Assembly (NCBI GenBank): GCA_002633005.1
Contig: NMRA01000194.1
Coordinates: 665,830 to 729,829, forward strand
Source of the DNA: Phoronis australis
Taxonomy: Eukaryota > Animalia > Phoronida
Reading direction: 5' to 3'
DNA: 64,000 nucleotides
A program made the translations under genes and the position numbers. Below, piece by piece: positions 13,712 to 26,514 of the stretch. How positions within the stretch are numbered: the first letter of the stretch is position 1; the number at the start of each line of letters is the position of its first letter. The notes beneath the pieces were generated by a model. It saw nothing but the letters and a program-made list of their open reading frames with translations, searched no databases and was not told the origin of the DNA.

Positions 13712-16700
13712 ATGGCGGGGGTATTAAGATGGGTATTTTCAGAGTCAAAGGTTTTGAATACCCCCAGCCGAAAATGTGGTATAGACGCCGACAAGGAGTT
13801 ATCGTATAGACAACAGGCTGCAAACTTTATCCAGGATATTGGACAAAGGTTAAATTTGTATCCTTTCGCCAGTTTTGGCTAGTTGAAAATACACAGTCCA
13901 TTTTCCATGTTCGCCGGTCAATTTTTGAAAATTGATCTTACCAGTCTCAATTCCGTTAAGTTCTTTGATTATTTCATTGATATGTTAAATACATAGTATC
14001 TTTGTTGTTTGACTTGTTGTTTCACCATCCTCGGTGTTGCGTCTTAAATGTTGAATTTTTGGCATAAGAATTTCTTTGTAAAATCTGCGAGATGATGTGC
14101 AAGTTATGGGATTGGATGGTTTTTGTGATTGTTCTATAATTACCATGTACTAAGTCCACAGTACCATTACACGGTAAATAGTCGGATAACTGGGTCCCTA
14201 GTAACTGGATTTCACATTACTTACCCAGGGCTATTACCCCATTGCCAATCATTTGGGCCCATTTCGCTTTCAATCATGATTTTTCTTCTTTGATTTGGCA
14301 AAGTTCAACCCAATATTGGTCTCTGTAATGTGTCTTTATCGACTGAGCTGACTGATTAGCCACTTTGTAAGGTATTGGCTCATCCTAATACGGCATGTGT
14401 ATTGAGGATTTTATGCAAATTATACTTCACCATGGCTAAACCAACTAAGTCATATTTCAAGTTTCGTTCGAGCACAGAGGGTCACATTGGATTGGAAAGC
14501 TGTAAATCCTTCCAATGAGAACAAACACTCACAAAATTTTTTCTGATATCTCCCTTCATTTGTCAACGAAATTGATAGTTGGCCTCCAATACTTTCAATG
14601 TGCTCGAGGCCAAACTGAAATGTACAAAGAGTTATGGGAATATAACACATCTGCCAGCCATGCCTGGAGGAGGCAACACAGGTCACAGGTGGGTTTCCTG
14701 TGCTGAGAGGAAGCATCACAGGTGGGTTGCCTGTGTTTTCCTTTGAATGTGTCACATTATGTAAAGGATTACTATAGGCATTATCTATGTTGCTCTCTAA
14801 TTGGTTGAATAATTGTGCAATTCTTCAAAATGAAGCCCTAGTTCTTGCTGTATGTTAAGAGTTGGAACATGTTGTGAAGAACACTGTTCCTCCCATGACG
14901 TTTCTTTCATGTGTAAGAGTGGTGAGAGAATGCACTCGATGAGACTTAATGCTCAGGCGGAGAGTCCTGCCCACTATGTATGTGGTTTTAGCGGCAAGTG
15001 ATTGGTAAATGAATTATCTCTCATGAATCTACTTTCCTCAACTCTTGATGTGAAGGCGCCTCCTGGTAACCAACACGGCCATCGTCTATATGCACCGTTT
15101 CTACATGTTTCACTCGTTCACCAAGTTCCAGCGTAACATTATTGCCGCGGCATGCCTCTTTCTGGCGGCTAAGGTGGAGGAGGCACCACGCAAACTCGAA
15201 CATGTGATCAGAGTCTACCATCGCCTGCTGCACAGGGATGCCCCACCACTGGATGTCAAGAGCAACGTAAGTGTCTGCCCTTCACTCATTGGTGTCTTTT
15301 GTCGGAATAGACATGTTTGGTGATTGCAGTTCATACCAAGTGGGGATATTTTATACTTCTGGAACTAGTAACTGGCAGTCACTAATTTTGACTATTACTA
15401 CTGAGCATAATGTCTTAGTCTACCAAAACTTTTGTACAGTTAAAAAAACTTGTCTCAGTTTTGTCCATAATTACTTAAAACTGCATATCACTTTTTTAGC
15501 TAGCTAAAAAAATGAAAATTAAATCAGTCCTACAGTATTCCTTACTATGGTAGGATTCTGTTTCTGTTGCCAACAAAACATCAGAACCATCAGTGACTCA
15601 AGAAAATGCTTCAGAGTTTATTGAGGTTGGCTAAAATTGGCAATTCGAAAATGGCATGTCAAGGCATTGCCTTTGACTCGAGTTGCTGGCTCATTTGTCC
15701 ACGATTCAAGATTGGGTGAGCTTAGAAATTTTTTAAGCTGCCAAGGTGCTTCAGTTAATAATTCAAAATTGATAGCTAAGCATTGGCGAAATGCAGTTTT
15801 AAATTAAAAGTGATTTCTGGTGCTTGAGATGAGTCTAAGCTAGTTTGACCTGACTGGTCAGTTCACGTGCCAAGCATACCCTCAAAGAGCAAAGAACTGT
15901 GAAACAACCAAAACTTATTTTTGTACAGATGATGAGTGTAGCTTCTTCAGCCTTTTTTGGCTAGAATGTGTGAGCATTGAACTCGTAGCTTGACCAGACT
16001 CATCCACTCATGTGTTTCCCCTTTAAAACAGGAATACCTGGAGAAAGTACAAGAACTGGTCATCAATGAAAACATTTTACTTCAAACTTTGGGTAGGTAT
16101 CAGTGTAAATGTGCTTTTGTTATTCAATCTTCATCAGTCCATGACCTTCATTCATGGTGATGGATAGACATATTCCGGGAAAGTGATAGAATCAAGGTAT
16201 TCTTCGTTTCCTTGTGATGTTGAACCAAGTAGTTTCTTTCTGTCTGCTACACACTGAGCAGTTTTCACGTGAGACTGTGTCTTTGTGTCATTTAGTGCAT
16301 CCAAGCTCAATGGACAAATATTGACTATTAACATGGATATAAATACTGTATCAGTTGTAAGAAATAAAATAAATGGAAATCACCGCTTTGTTCCTTATTT
16401 CCCAATATACATTGTGCGCGTCATTCTGTGCTGTTTTCATGGGCCCCAAGAAATTATGAAATTTTGAAGGTTGTGTTCAGAGGAGAGTGGAGGGTGAACA
16501 CTGGTAAGGTCCGTAAAAAAGACAAGAATTGGTTGAAATCAAGACATTTTTCATTCGCTGTCCTTGAAAAAACACAAAGGAGCTATGTTGGTCGGAGATA
16601 CGTAGCACTGACACTCCACTGTCCCCATTACTATTCCACATTCAGTGTCCTCGATACCTTGACTTTGGGGACGAATATTGTCAATTTGCCCTCATTCCCT

Positions 16701-19700
16701 TCTGAAAATATTTAAAAACCGCTCGAAATTCCCTTCATAAAGCCCCAAACATTACTCTGCATTGATTAGAAAATCCCCCCCTTTCGGCGATTAAAAAGTC
16801 CCCCCTTGGTTAGATCCACTTAAACTCATGTAGATCCTCAGCTTTAGAAGGTTTTATTACCTGCGCAAATCCTCACTTCAGTCATATCTTTATCTCTGTT
16901 TACAACCCTGATGTGAAAAAGAATTTGAGATACTTTCACTAGTGCAGAGGGTGGTCACATAGTATTGAACTAAGAAAAGCAGTCATGGTAATCCCGGGTT
17001 CACTGTCATATACTACTTGACTAGATAAACCACAAGGCCTAAGGCTATGCTTCGAAATGAGCACACAACGTCAGTTTTTGTTCCTTGAAGCAGGCTGTGC
17101 AGAACAGATGAGTTTTGGCCTCACTCCCATTAACCCCTCAGAAGGCACATGCTTCCTCTCCTTCAGGTGAGCGAGGCCCCTGGTGTTAAGTGTTCGTTGA
17201 TTGAATTAATTTATCTTCTTTTTTCAGGGTTTGATGTCTGTGTGACTCATCCTCACTCTCATATTGTCAAAATATGTGACCTGGTTCGAGGTAAGCGCTG
17301 TTCGAAGCTTGTTGCAGTTTTAAAAAAGAATTTTTCATTTGTTTTTGAAACTGCGCTGATTCAAGTTAGCTCTAACTTTTTATCGATTCATTTCAGTGCG
17401 GTTTCTGTTTTGCTTAACCTAGACGAAGGTGCTTGTTCCATGTTTGAATATACCGTTATCTGTAGTTCATTCAGGAGTGCTCAAATGTCCATGGTCCCCA
17501 CTCATAATGAAAAACCTTTAATACGAGACGTACTTTCCACACACGGAAAACCCGTGGAAAATGACATGATGAAAACTTGTGGAAAAATTCATAAGATAAA
17601 TAAAAAATCTTGCATCAAACTAATTTGTTGACTGCTTGGTGACGGTGATTATTGAAATTACCATCACTCCACTTTTTATTGAAAAATGTGTTGTGGAAAG
17701 TGAAAGTAATATCTTGGAAAATGCGTAGTCTAAGAGCGCGAGTGGGGGCCATATTTCAGGGCTTGGAATTTTGGTTTTGATTTCTTCTTATTTGATTTCC
17801 AGTTTCCCCTTTTTCGTCTCTTTTTATCATTATTTTGATGTTATTCACGCAAAAACTTTTATTTCAATTAAACTTTACGACAAAAATGTTTCTATCACAC
17901 AAGCCTGTTTTTTGTGGAATGGTGCATCACCTGGAAAATTTTCCTCTTTTTTGTCATTCCAAGCCCTGATATTTAAAGTGTACGTGTCGAGGTCATCAAA
18001 TCATGAGTAGAAGTACAATGATGTCACAAGTTTTGTTTCTGAGCACTAATTTCTTGTTTTCTTTTTAAAAGAGTGATGAAGTGATATTGCATGAGAGAAC
18101 ATTACATGATAAGTAAATGCATCTTGTTAACACTGATGTTTTCCGAAATGTCAAAAACGATGTGACTTGGGCCTTAAGGGAATGTGTTAGCACGTGAACT
18201 AATATGGCGGTGTTTTTCTTTCCATCTACCTTCGTCTGCTGTCCGCTGCGGGTTGTCATGCCAACCGGTTGTAAACAGCCAGCAAGGACCTGACCCAGAC
18301 GTCCTACATACTGGCAACAAACAGGTGGTTTGACGCTTGAATTTGATCGGATGTCGCCATGGCGACGCATCGAAACACCCATGCCTGTCATGCCCTCAAT
18401 TAAGTTTCATTTCCACTCAAATCTGCCGAGACTTTTTATTGCCTATTTTTTCCAGTAGTGCTGAACACAATGGGTGATTGGATGTACCTGTATGAAAAAC
18501 TGGTGTACAGTTTTTGCTAATGGCTTTCTGTGACTAGTTGTTTTTCCTGTGTTTTTTTTTGCAAAATGTCACTGATGAAACATTAAATTGTGCGTACATC
18601 ATCAGCGGCTGTGACGGTTTCCCTATATTTTTTTGTTCAGACCTTCATTAATGCTAAACTGACAAAACTGTGACTAATGTCAGAGTAATTGCCTGCGCAG
18701 GTTCACCTGGTGTAAGATTATGGAAATCTGTTTGGGCTAGGCAGCAATCCAGAAGCAAGTTTGTATTTATGGGTTTGCATCACAAAATGTTCCACGTGTG
18801 ACATCAGTGACGTTTTGCACAACCTGCCTACAGTTAGTACGTTGCCGATGGCTCCATATGTTTTGTGACATTGCTGTAGCTATAGCCTAAGTGTAACTTG
18901 GACTTTTGATGCTTGGTTCAGGAAGTTGTTGAATTCCGCAAGCCCTGTTGTGCACAACTTTCACATTTTTGTACAGTTTTGTAACCCAGTTTTTTATTAC
19001 AGCGTAGCTGAAGAGGCTGATTACATCAAACCCAAGTTTTTTCCCAAGTGTGTGATCATGAATTGTCTGACCACACATGTGTTGCCTGTTACAGTGGACT
19101 CATTACCGCTCTTTGCTGTTTCAGTCTCCATTTGACCATGATGAGTGTCAAATACCGGCCGACGGTAGTGGCCTGTGTCTGCATTCACCTTGCCTGCAAG
19201 TGGGCTAGTGTAGAGGTAAGATCTCCCCTTCCTAATTGATTTTGTAGAAGTGTCTTTATTCAGTCTAGCCAAATCAGGAGATTTTGTCTCTAGGGATACT
19301 TTCAGGATTCCAAAAAATAAGCATTCAAGTTAGGTTTCCCAATGTGTCACGACATCCGTGACAAATGACAAGTGATTATGTTTTTAGTGACATCAAGTCA
19401 AATTGTGGTTATAGTGCAGTATCATTTTACTTAGGCGTAAAATGATGACCAAGGCGTCCTAACTAGGGTGTCTAAATTTGAGTTAGGGTGTCAATTTGGA
19501 CGACTTGGACACCCTCTCGATGAAGGCCTGGTCCTAGTAATGGTCTTGTCACTCCAAACTCGATTCTCAGAATGTCCGAGCCAGTCTTAACATCTGAATA
19601 AACCACACTTGGAGCAGATGGAAACTAGCAACTTTGGCCAAAAAGATGTCTCAAATGAGGCACTGTCCACGGGACTCTTGTTCGGATAGTATAATTCTTA

Positions 19701-22700
19701 GTCAGAATTCAGTCGTTTCTTCCCCATTTGCAAAAGAGCTAACTTGGTGTGACTGGCCCCTGGAGATTGATGTTTGATTCTCTCTCAAACAACAGGGATA
19801 TCAATCATCAACTCCGTTTTGTGCACCCACTGGTGTATATGTGTATACGTGGGTGCATATTGCCATCATTTGTGTCCAGGTGTCCAGCGTCCAGTGCTGT
19901 ATCTCCTAAATTGCTTCCAGAATCTTAATGAAGTTTTACAGGTGTGTTTCTATGGAGCTGGTGAAAAATGATGGCAATTTTGGGACGGGTCGGACTATTG
20001 GTGTGCCCCTAGTAGCAATTTTAGTTTTTTACATTGGTCTCCATATCTGCCCTGGCCTTGTTGGATTTTCACGTAATTATACATGTTACTATTGAGATGA
20101 CGACAACGCCGTCTCGATTTCGAATGGTTTTAAGGGCTGTTCCAGTAAAATCCGTGTGGGAGGGGGGGGGACGGCAGTAGAAATAAAAATTCATGGGTGG
20201 TTGTCTTCAGAAAAAAACACAAATTATAGGTGGTCGTTCCTGTAAGAAGTGATCCATTAAAAATGGGTGGTATTTTTTGACCTGTTAATGTTGACAGGTT
20301 GGTTACTTCAGCCCTCAAAACTCAAAAAGAAATGCATATATCCTAACTTAACCCAATACAAAAAAGCCCATATTGCCAGTGAACAGAGTGCAATATGTTC
20401 ACTAAGCCATTAATCAAGTCATGGGCAACTTGATTTGAGCCAACTGTTTGTCTGCAGTCCTATTTAATTGAAAAGTTATGCAACACTAAACTGGTGTTAA
20501 CACATGTAAGAAAATTGATGATTTTTAAATAAAAAGTATGAGGAGTAAGATGAAAAAAATAAACAAGTTCCAATATTCACTTGACATAGAAGTATAAAAG
20601 AGTTCGTGGAGACAGTTCATAGATCCATATAAATGAAAAAATGTTCATTGAAATTATAGACACATGGTGAACAGAGACACCTGGTGGCTGCCAAAAGTAT
20701 TGCTCACTGCCTACTTTAGTTTTTGACAATATTGGACAAGACAACTAGTTCTTGTCTGTCAATCATCTAAGTTCTTAACAGGTCCTCCTGGAGGCAATTT
20801 GTTTGCAAGTGTTGGATTTTATATTTTAACCCATTAAAAATAATTAAAAAATTATGGGTCATGGGTTGGAGAAATAAATGAAAAATATGGGCGGTGGGTA
20901 AGAAATAAAAGTGCCTTCCCCCCCTCCCATACAGATTTTGCTGGAACAGCCCTTTAAGGGAGTCTGCACTCCCTAGTGGCTATTTTTATTATCATTATGA
21001 AAATTAGCAGACGCGTTCCTGATTAAAAGATCCCAGCAGGTCCAACTGCTGTGGTGCCCCCTATCGGTGATTGTGTTGTTTGTGTCTACGTTTGTGTTTC
21101 CTTAATACTTTGAATGATTTTTGTGTAATTTGGCCGATGTATTCCTATAAAGGTGATGATGGATGATGAGGTGTTATAGACCGATCTGACTACCCCTCGT
21201 GATAATTTTACTTTTTATGTTTGCTGCTGTGTCTTTGGAATTCCTTGAAGTATTTTCATCAAATATGACTTGAGATTCCAATTAAGGAGATGACTATGGC
21301 GTTCTAGTTTTGCACAGTGTTGACCTAGTTACCATTTTGAGTATTTGCACCTGTACTTCCTTAACATTTGCAGGGTAAGTGTATTTCTATCAATGGCATA
21401 ACAGGTGTAGACTTCATTCGGGAGTATCTAATTACTGCTATGCCTTCTAGTGACAATTTTATTTTTTATTCTTGCGTTTGTATCTTCTTTAATCTTGGTG
21501 GATTTTCATGATGTCTTCCCATTTTCACGTAGGTTCCAGGTATTCTGTGAAACCTAGTGTCTATTTTCATGATTCTAATAAACATCCTTAGAAGTACCAA
21601 TGCAGTCGTGCATTTCAACGCTTTGTGTTGCTCTCATTAAAGCATCGTCACAAGTTTTCCTCGTTTGACAGCCAATATCTCCGTTGAACTGATGACAGTC
21701 AAAAATCTAAGACACAATTGCCTTGTAGAATAAGTAAGAATTTCATGCAAATTTACTCACGTACTAAAGAGTTATCAATTTCCAAAACTGCTAAAATCGC
21801 CGAAAATCAGGTCTGAAAATGGCCAATATAGATTTGCCTCATAATGGAAATCGGTTGAAGTTCTCTCAAACTACTCACATATTTGGTACATAAATAATGC
21901 TTTCACAGAAATGTTATGAGTCTCAGAGTAGTTATACAAAACATAGATATAATTAAATACAATATGTAAAGTCTTTGGAATAAAAGAAACGTGAAGGAGG
22001 AAAGTGCGAACCCAGCCTTGCTTGGCAAATATTTAAATATCCTTTCAATTATTTGTGATTTGATAATGAATGGACTTGAACTGCTGTTTTGCTGGGGCCA
22101 TGTAAAAACTGTTAAACCATGTTTGTGAATTAGGAAAATCTGATTTTTTAATTTAACCCTGGTAAACCGATTTATGAGACATCAAGGTTGGTATGGTAAT
22201 TTTTGAAATAAAATGGACAGTGTCTAAAATCAACAAAGTTTCGAGGCACAAATTTACACCAAAGTTCTCCCACGCACTTTGTGGAAATCCCAACAATTAG
22301 TCTTGTAGTCTTCAATTAACATGTAGACAATTATAGCGGCATGGTGCAATAACAACACATTAAACTTTAACTAAAACTCTACAAAAACACCATTTTATTG
22401 TGACAAATGCTCAAATAAATTGCTAAATTATTCTGGCCAGATGTTTGTCTAAATTCATCTTATTCTGGCAGTTCTGTCAAGGTCTGTCTATTTTTTTTTT
22501 GATAACTGCTGTACTTTTATTGTGCGAGTATTCCAGCTGACAACTGGCTCATGCACGTGATTCTTTTTAGATTCCCAAGTCCAGCGAAGGGAAGAGTTGG
22601 TGGGAATATGCCGACAAGGACATAACTTTGGATCAAGTTGAACGTATGGATTTTTATTTACGATTTGTACAATCCATTAAATATTCTTTATGCCTTGCAA

Positions 22701-25108
22701 GTGTTGTATCAATTGTTAGTTTGAAAATTATAGTTTTCAGTGTTCTCCTCAACAGAAAATTCAAACTTGACTGGAATTAAAAAAATCACCTCACACGTGA
22801 TACCGTCTAGACGGTGCACCGATTAGCCACCATCATTTGCACCTACCATTCATGATTACATACTCTGGTTTTGCCGATATCCCAAATCATTATTAATATG
22901 TACAGATTTGCAATTATTTTCAAAATGTGTCCCCAAAAGACACACTGATGTGGCGGCCACAGTCCATACATTTAGAAGCATCTGATCAGCATTGTTCAAT
23001 GTATGGAGGCCAGCATCTGATCAGCATTGTTCAATGCATGGAGGCCAGCATTTGATCAGGATTGTTCAATGTATGGAGGCCAGCATCTGATCAGCATTGT
23101 TCAATGTATGGAGGCCAGCATCTGATCAGCATTGTTCAATGTATGGAGGTCAGTATCGGAAAACTAAATTAGTTTTCTTTTTTTTTTCAGAAATTGCTCA
23201 AGAGTTTGTAAATATACTCGATAAATTTCCTAATAGATTAAAGAGGGCAATGCAAATTGCTCGGGTAAGTTTCAAAATTTACTTTAATAGCCACATATAA
23301 TTTGGCGACTGAATTCTTTGGTGGTCATTTTGCATCATTGCTGAGGATTAATGTACCATGTATCAGTGTACCATATGCAAGTTGTGCATACTTGTATGAA
23401 ATTTTTATGCACAGTGTGCAAATTTGCGTCACTGCAATACATACTACCTATTGGAATTCAACTTAAATATTTTTTCTGAACAAATTTCTTGCATAACACT
23501 TTGGCATTTGAGCCAAAATGCATTTATCATTTATTTCGTTAATATATAACTCCCACTAGATGTCGGCTTGTCTTGCAGTGCATGGTAGTCACTCGGCTAT
23601 TGAAACATCTGTATCTGATGTGCGTATTACTTCAGACCAGTTTTTTGTAGAACACAAGTATATTATGCTAATGAAGGTGTTCTCAAGAGCTGCTGTTTAT
23701 ATGTCTGTCAGATTTTTACTTGAATCTTATAATGTAATTCTATTGGTGATGATCATCTTTATTGTTACAGGGTGAAAAACCCCAGCCTGAACCGACCAGT
23801 AAACCTGCCCAGAAGGGGGCATTGTCCTCCGCCGTGCCCGCTCCATCTGCCACGACAACCAAATCGACAGGGGACCGAGAGCAGTCACGATCTCCGGCTC
23901 CCTCATCGTCATCCGTGGCAGATGGACATAAAAGCCGCCATCACCAGACTCCTACAAACCATGACAGGAAACCAGATCTGAAAACTCAGACAGGTGGCGC
24001 TGGTAGTAGAACTGTCAGTCCTCATGTGTCGAAAACGAAAGCGGTCGACAGTCCACTCAAGCATAGATCAATGTATGATGTAGTGGATTCCTCTAAAGTT
24101 TCTGGCTTAAGGCAACCAGCGTTGTCACAGAGCTCTCGTTCGTCTCACGCTGTGCATGGCGATCCCAAGCATCGGTCACTTCCTGTCAGCTCCGGAAATG
24201 AGCGAGTGGTGCACAGTGGTTCGGGCCAGGAAGCAACCGCACAGAGTCGAGACAAATTGGATGGTCGCGAGAGGCCGCATGAGCGCAGGCCTCATTCCAG
24301 TTCTCAACTATCACACTCGAGCACACTGTCATTGCCACGGCACAAATCAGATGCAAGACAAAATGAGGAGTTTTCAAAACATTTACCATTTGAACGCTAT
24401 AAGGAACATAGATCAGACCATCACAAAGTCCAAAACCAGCAAAGTGATCACGTGTCGGGTTCTCATGCCAGTGTTAGTAGTATTGGTAGTAGTAGTGTTA
24501 ATAAGTCTCGTCATTCTACTGCAGTGGCACCTGGTGGTGCCCCCCAGCTCCTGGTTGGCGCACCACAGCGCCAGCTGGAGTTAAGCGTGCACAACCAGGA
24601 GCATTTCAATCGAATCAAGAAGGATCACTCTGGTCACGATCGTCATCCACAGCAGCGGTCGCAACGTCCAGGTGAAGACAACAGTCAGCATTCCTTTAAG
24701 CGTAGCCATAGTCCCAGTGGCTCATCTGCTGGCCATAGTCGTAAGCATTCAAGTAGTTCCCTACCTCACAGCAGTAAGAAAGCTCGACTGGACCCATCGA
24801 GGGGTTCCAGTGCCCACCGTCGCAGTAGTTCTAGTGGCAAATCTCATAACGGTCACAGATCTCAAGGGGGTGGGTCGGAGTCGGCTTCTGCCGTGGCCAA
24901 GAATGTGTCTGGCCTGGAGGAGTTAAACGAACTGAATAAGAAGTTGCAGCACTTCATCGAGCTGCAGGGGCAGAGGTTGTCCAGTCATTCCAGCTCCTCA
25001 TCACCCGAGGGAGGTTTCCAGCCACCTCTCCCCTCCCATCCACCCCTGCCGCACACACCGCCCCCACCTCCTCCCCCTGAACACCTGCCCCCTCTTCCCC
25101 CATCCTGA
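13712..25108 (+). CDS. CCNT1: Cyclin T (P-TEFb cyclin; CCNT1/CCNT2 family), spliced
   Basis: Exons 13712-13857, 15056-15266, 16032-16092, 17228-17290, 18279-18324, 19125-19215, 22571-22643, 23191-23264, 23771-25108. Motifs [54 protein letters not shown]; Ser/His-rich tail ending in polyproline. Likely a single pro-ortholog of CCNT1/2. Confidence 0.95.
13858..15055 (+). other. U12-type (minor) GT-AG intron 1 of cyclin T
   Basis: Donor GTATCCTTT at 13858; branch site TTTCCTCAAC at 15033-15042; AG at 15054-15055; phase 2 keeps the frame. Confidence 0.92.
20133..20953. mobile_element. PIF/Harbinger-like MITE in cyclin T intron 6
   Basis: About 35-bp TIR agggctgttccagtaaaatccgtgtgggagggggg / ccccctcccatacagattttgctggaacagccct with TTA target duplication on both sides. 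Confidence 0.8.
22977..23153. repeat. 35-bp minisatellite, 5 copies
   Basis: agcatctgatcagcattgttcaatgtatggaggcc at 35-nt period, just upstream of the cyclin T exon 8 acceptor. Confidence 0.95.
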
Positions 25109-26514
25109 GCTGGGTACCCTCAACTTCTAGAAATATTCATATTAGTCAAGGCCATGCTGTTGGCAAATGGAGAAATGTTATTAGAAAGCAGTCAATTTCT
25201 GGGTCTATAGCCCTTACATGGAATAAAGAGTCTCTGACTAGAAAATCAATGTGCTGGCCTAACTTGCAATAACAAAGCATCTGCTGAAAATTGTGTTCAA
25301 AACATTTCATAAAGGTGTTAAAATGTAATAATGTATATATTTAACTTTTTGTATTTTTCGTATTACTGCAGTGAGTAGAGTGCAGTATCTTTGTTATGCC
25401 TGCTGTCTGATAGGACGCGGTGCGAGAGGTAGTAGTGTCTATCATTGGGTAACATTATTATTTGTAGTATACTGTCCAAGCCTTCATTGATGTAGTGTAG
25501 ATCTCAATATGTATTTTGTTATGAGGGGGCTAGTCATTAAAGTCATTTGAAATAATCTTTAATTGCCTTCTCGTTTGGTTACTATTGAGGCATAGTACGA
25601 ATGATAGCGCATTATTTCTGCCTTTACCTATACTGTTGTAAATACTGTTAATGTGAAAGTCAGTTAAGTATTATTTTCTCACTGGACACGTTAAATACAC
25701 ATGGTATTGTTTCTCTTAAGGTAGCAAAATATTGCGTTTGTTATTACTTAATTTATAGCTATGCATCTTATTAACATGCATGCATTTTAATTATCTCGCC
25801 AATTAAAATTTGATTGTCTGATGAAAGAGCTGTGTAAAGGTGCAACTTTTAGTGAAGCAGTGTATTTTTTTAAACGTAGTTAACGAAAATGTATAAATTT
25901 TTAATTTAATTCGTAGTCAAACCAAAGGGTGAAAATATAGATAAAGTTCTCAATGCTGGGTTTTGCAGTTTAAATTAGTGAAGCTGGCGATATATCTTTG
26001 AAATTTTATATTAATATGGCATTATGTGATATGGTATCTAATGTCTTGGATAAATTTATCAACAGGTGTTAAGTAAGACTTGGAACACGAGGTCTGCTGA
26101 TTTCTTTTACTTTGATCTGATGGTAAATGTTTGTAAGACCGGGCTGAAGTTGAGAAATGTGGCCGAGATTGTGGATATTTATGCTATGAGTAAGACAATG
26201 TGAAATAAACTTATTCACGTACAATTAGGAGGCTTGCTTATTTGACAGGTCTACCTTGTGACCTTAGAGGGAAGCATTGGCAAGTGGGATTGCATTTCTT
26301 GTGTATAGACCAGTTTTGCTCATCTTGGTTTCATCCACTCCTTGCTTTGGTCACAGAGCAGTACATACATTGTAGCTAGTGGCAAAATCTTAGGTCCAAG
26401 CTGATGAACAACTGTGACCAGCACAACTCAACAAATTATGAATATGTTCATCAGTTGTCTTCCTCATATGATGAGCATAAATTAATAAATTATGTTTATG
26501 AGCCTCATTAACAT

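Noticed and set aside
22037-22045. ATATCCTTT, a U12 AT-AC donor consensus in cyclin T intron 6
   Set aside because: No associated upstream exon or matching branch site with AC acceptor; expected by chance in AT-rich DNA.
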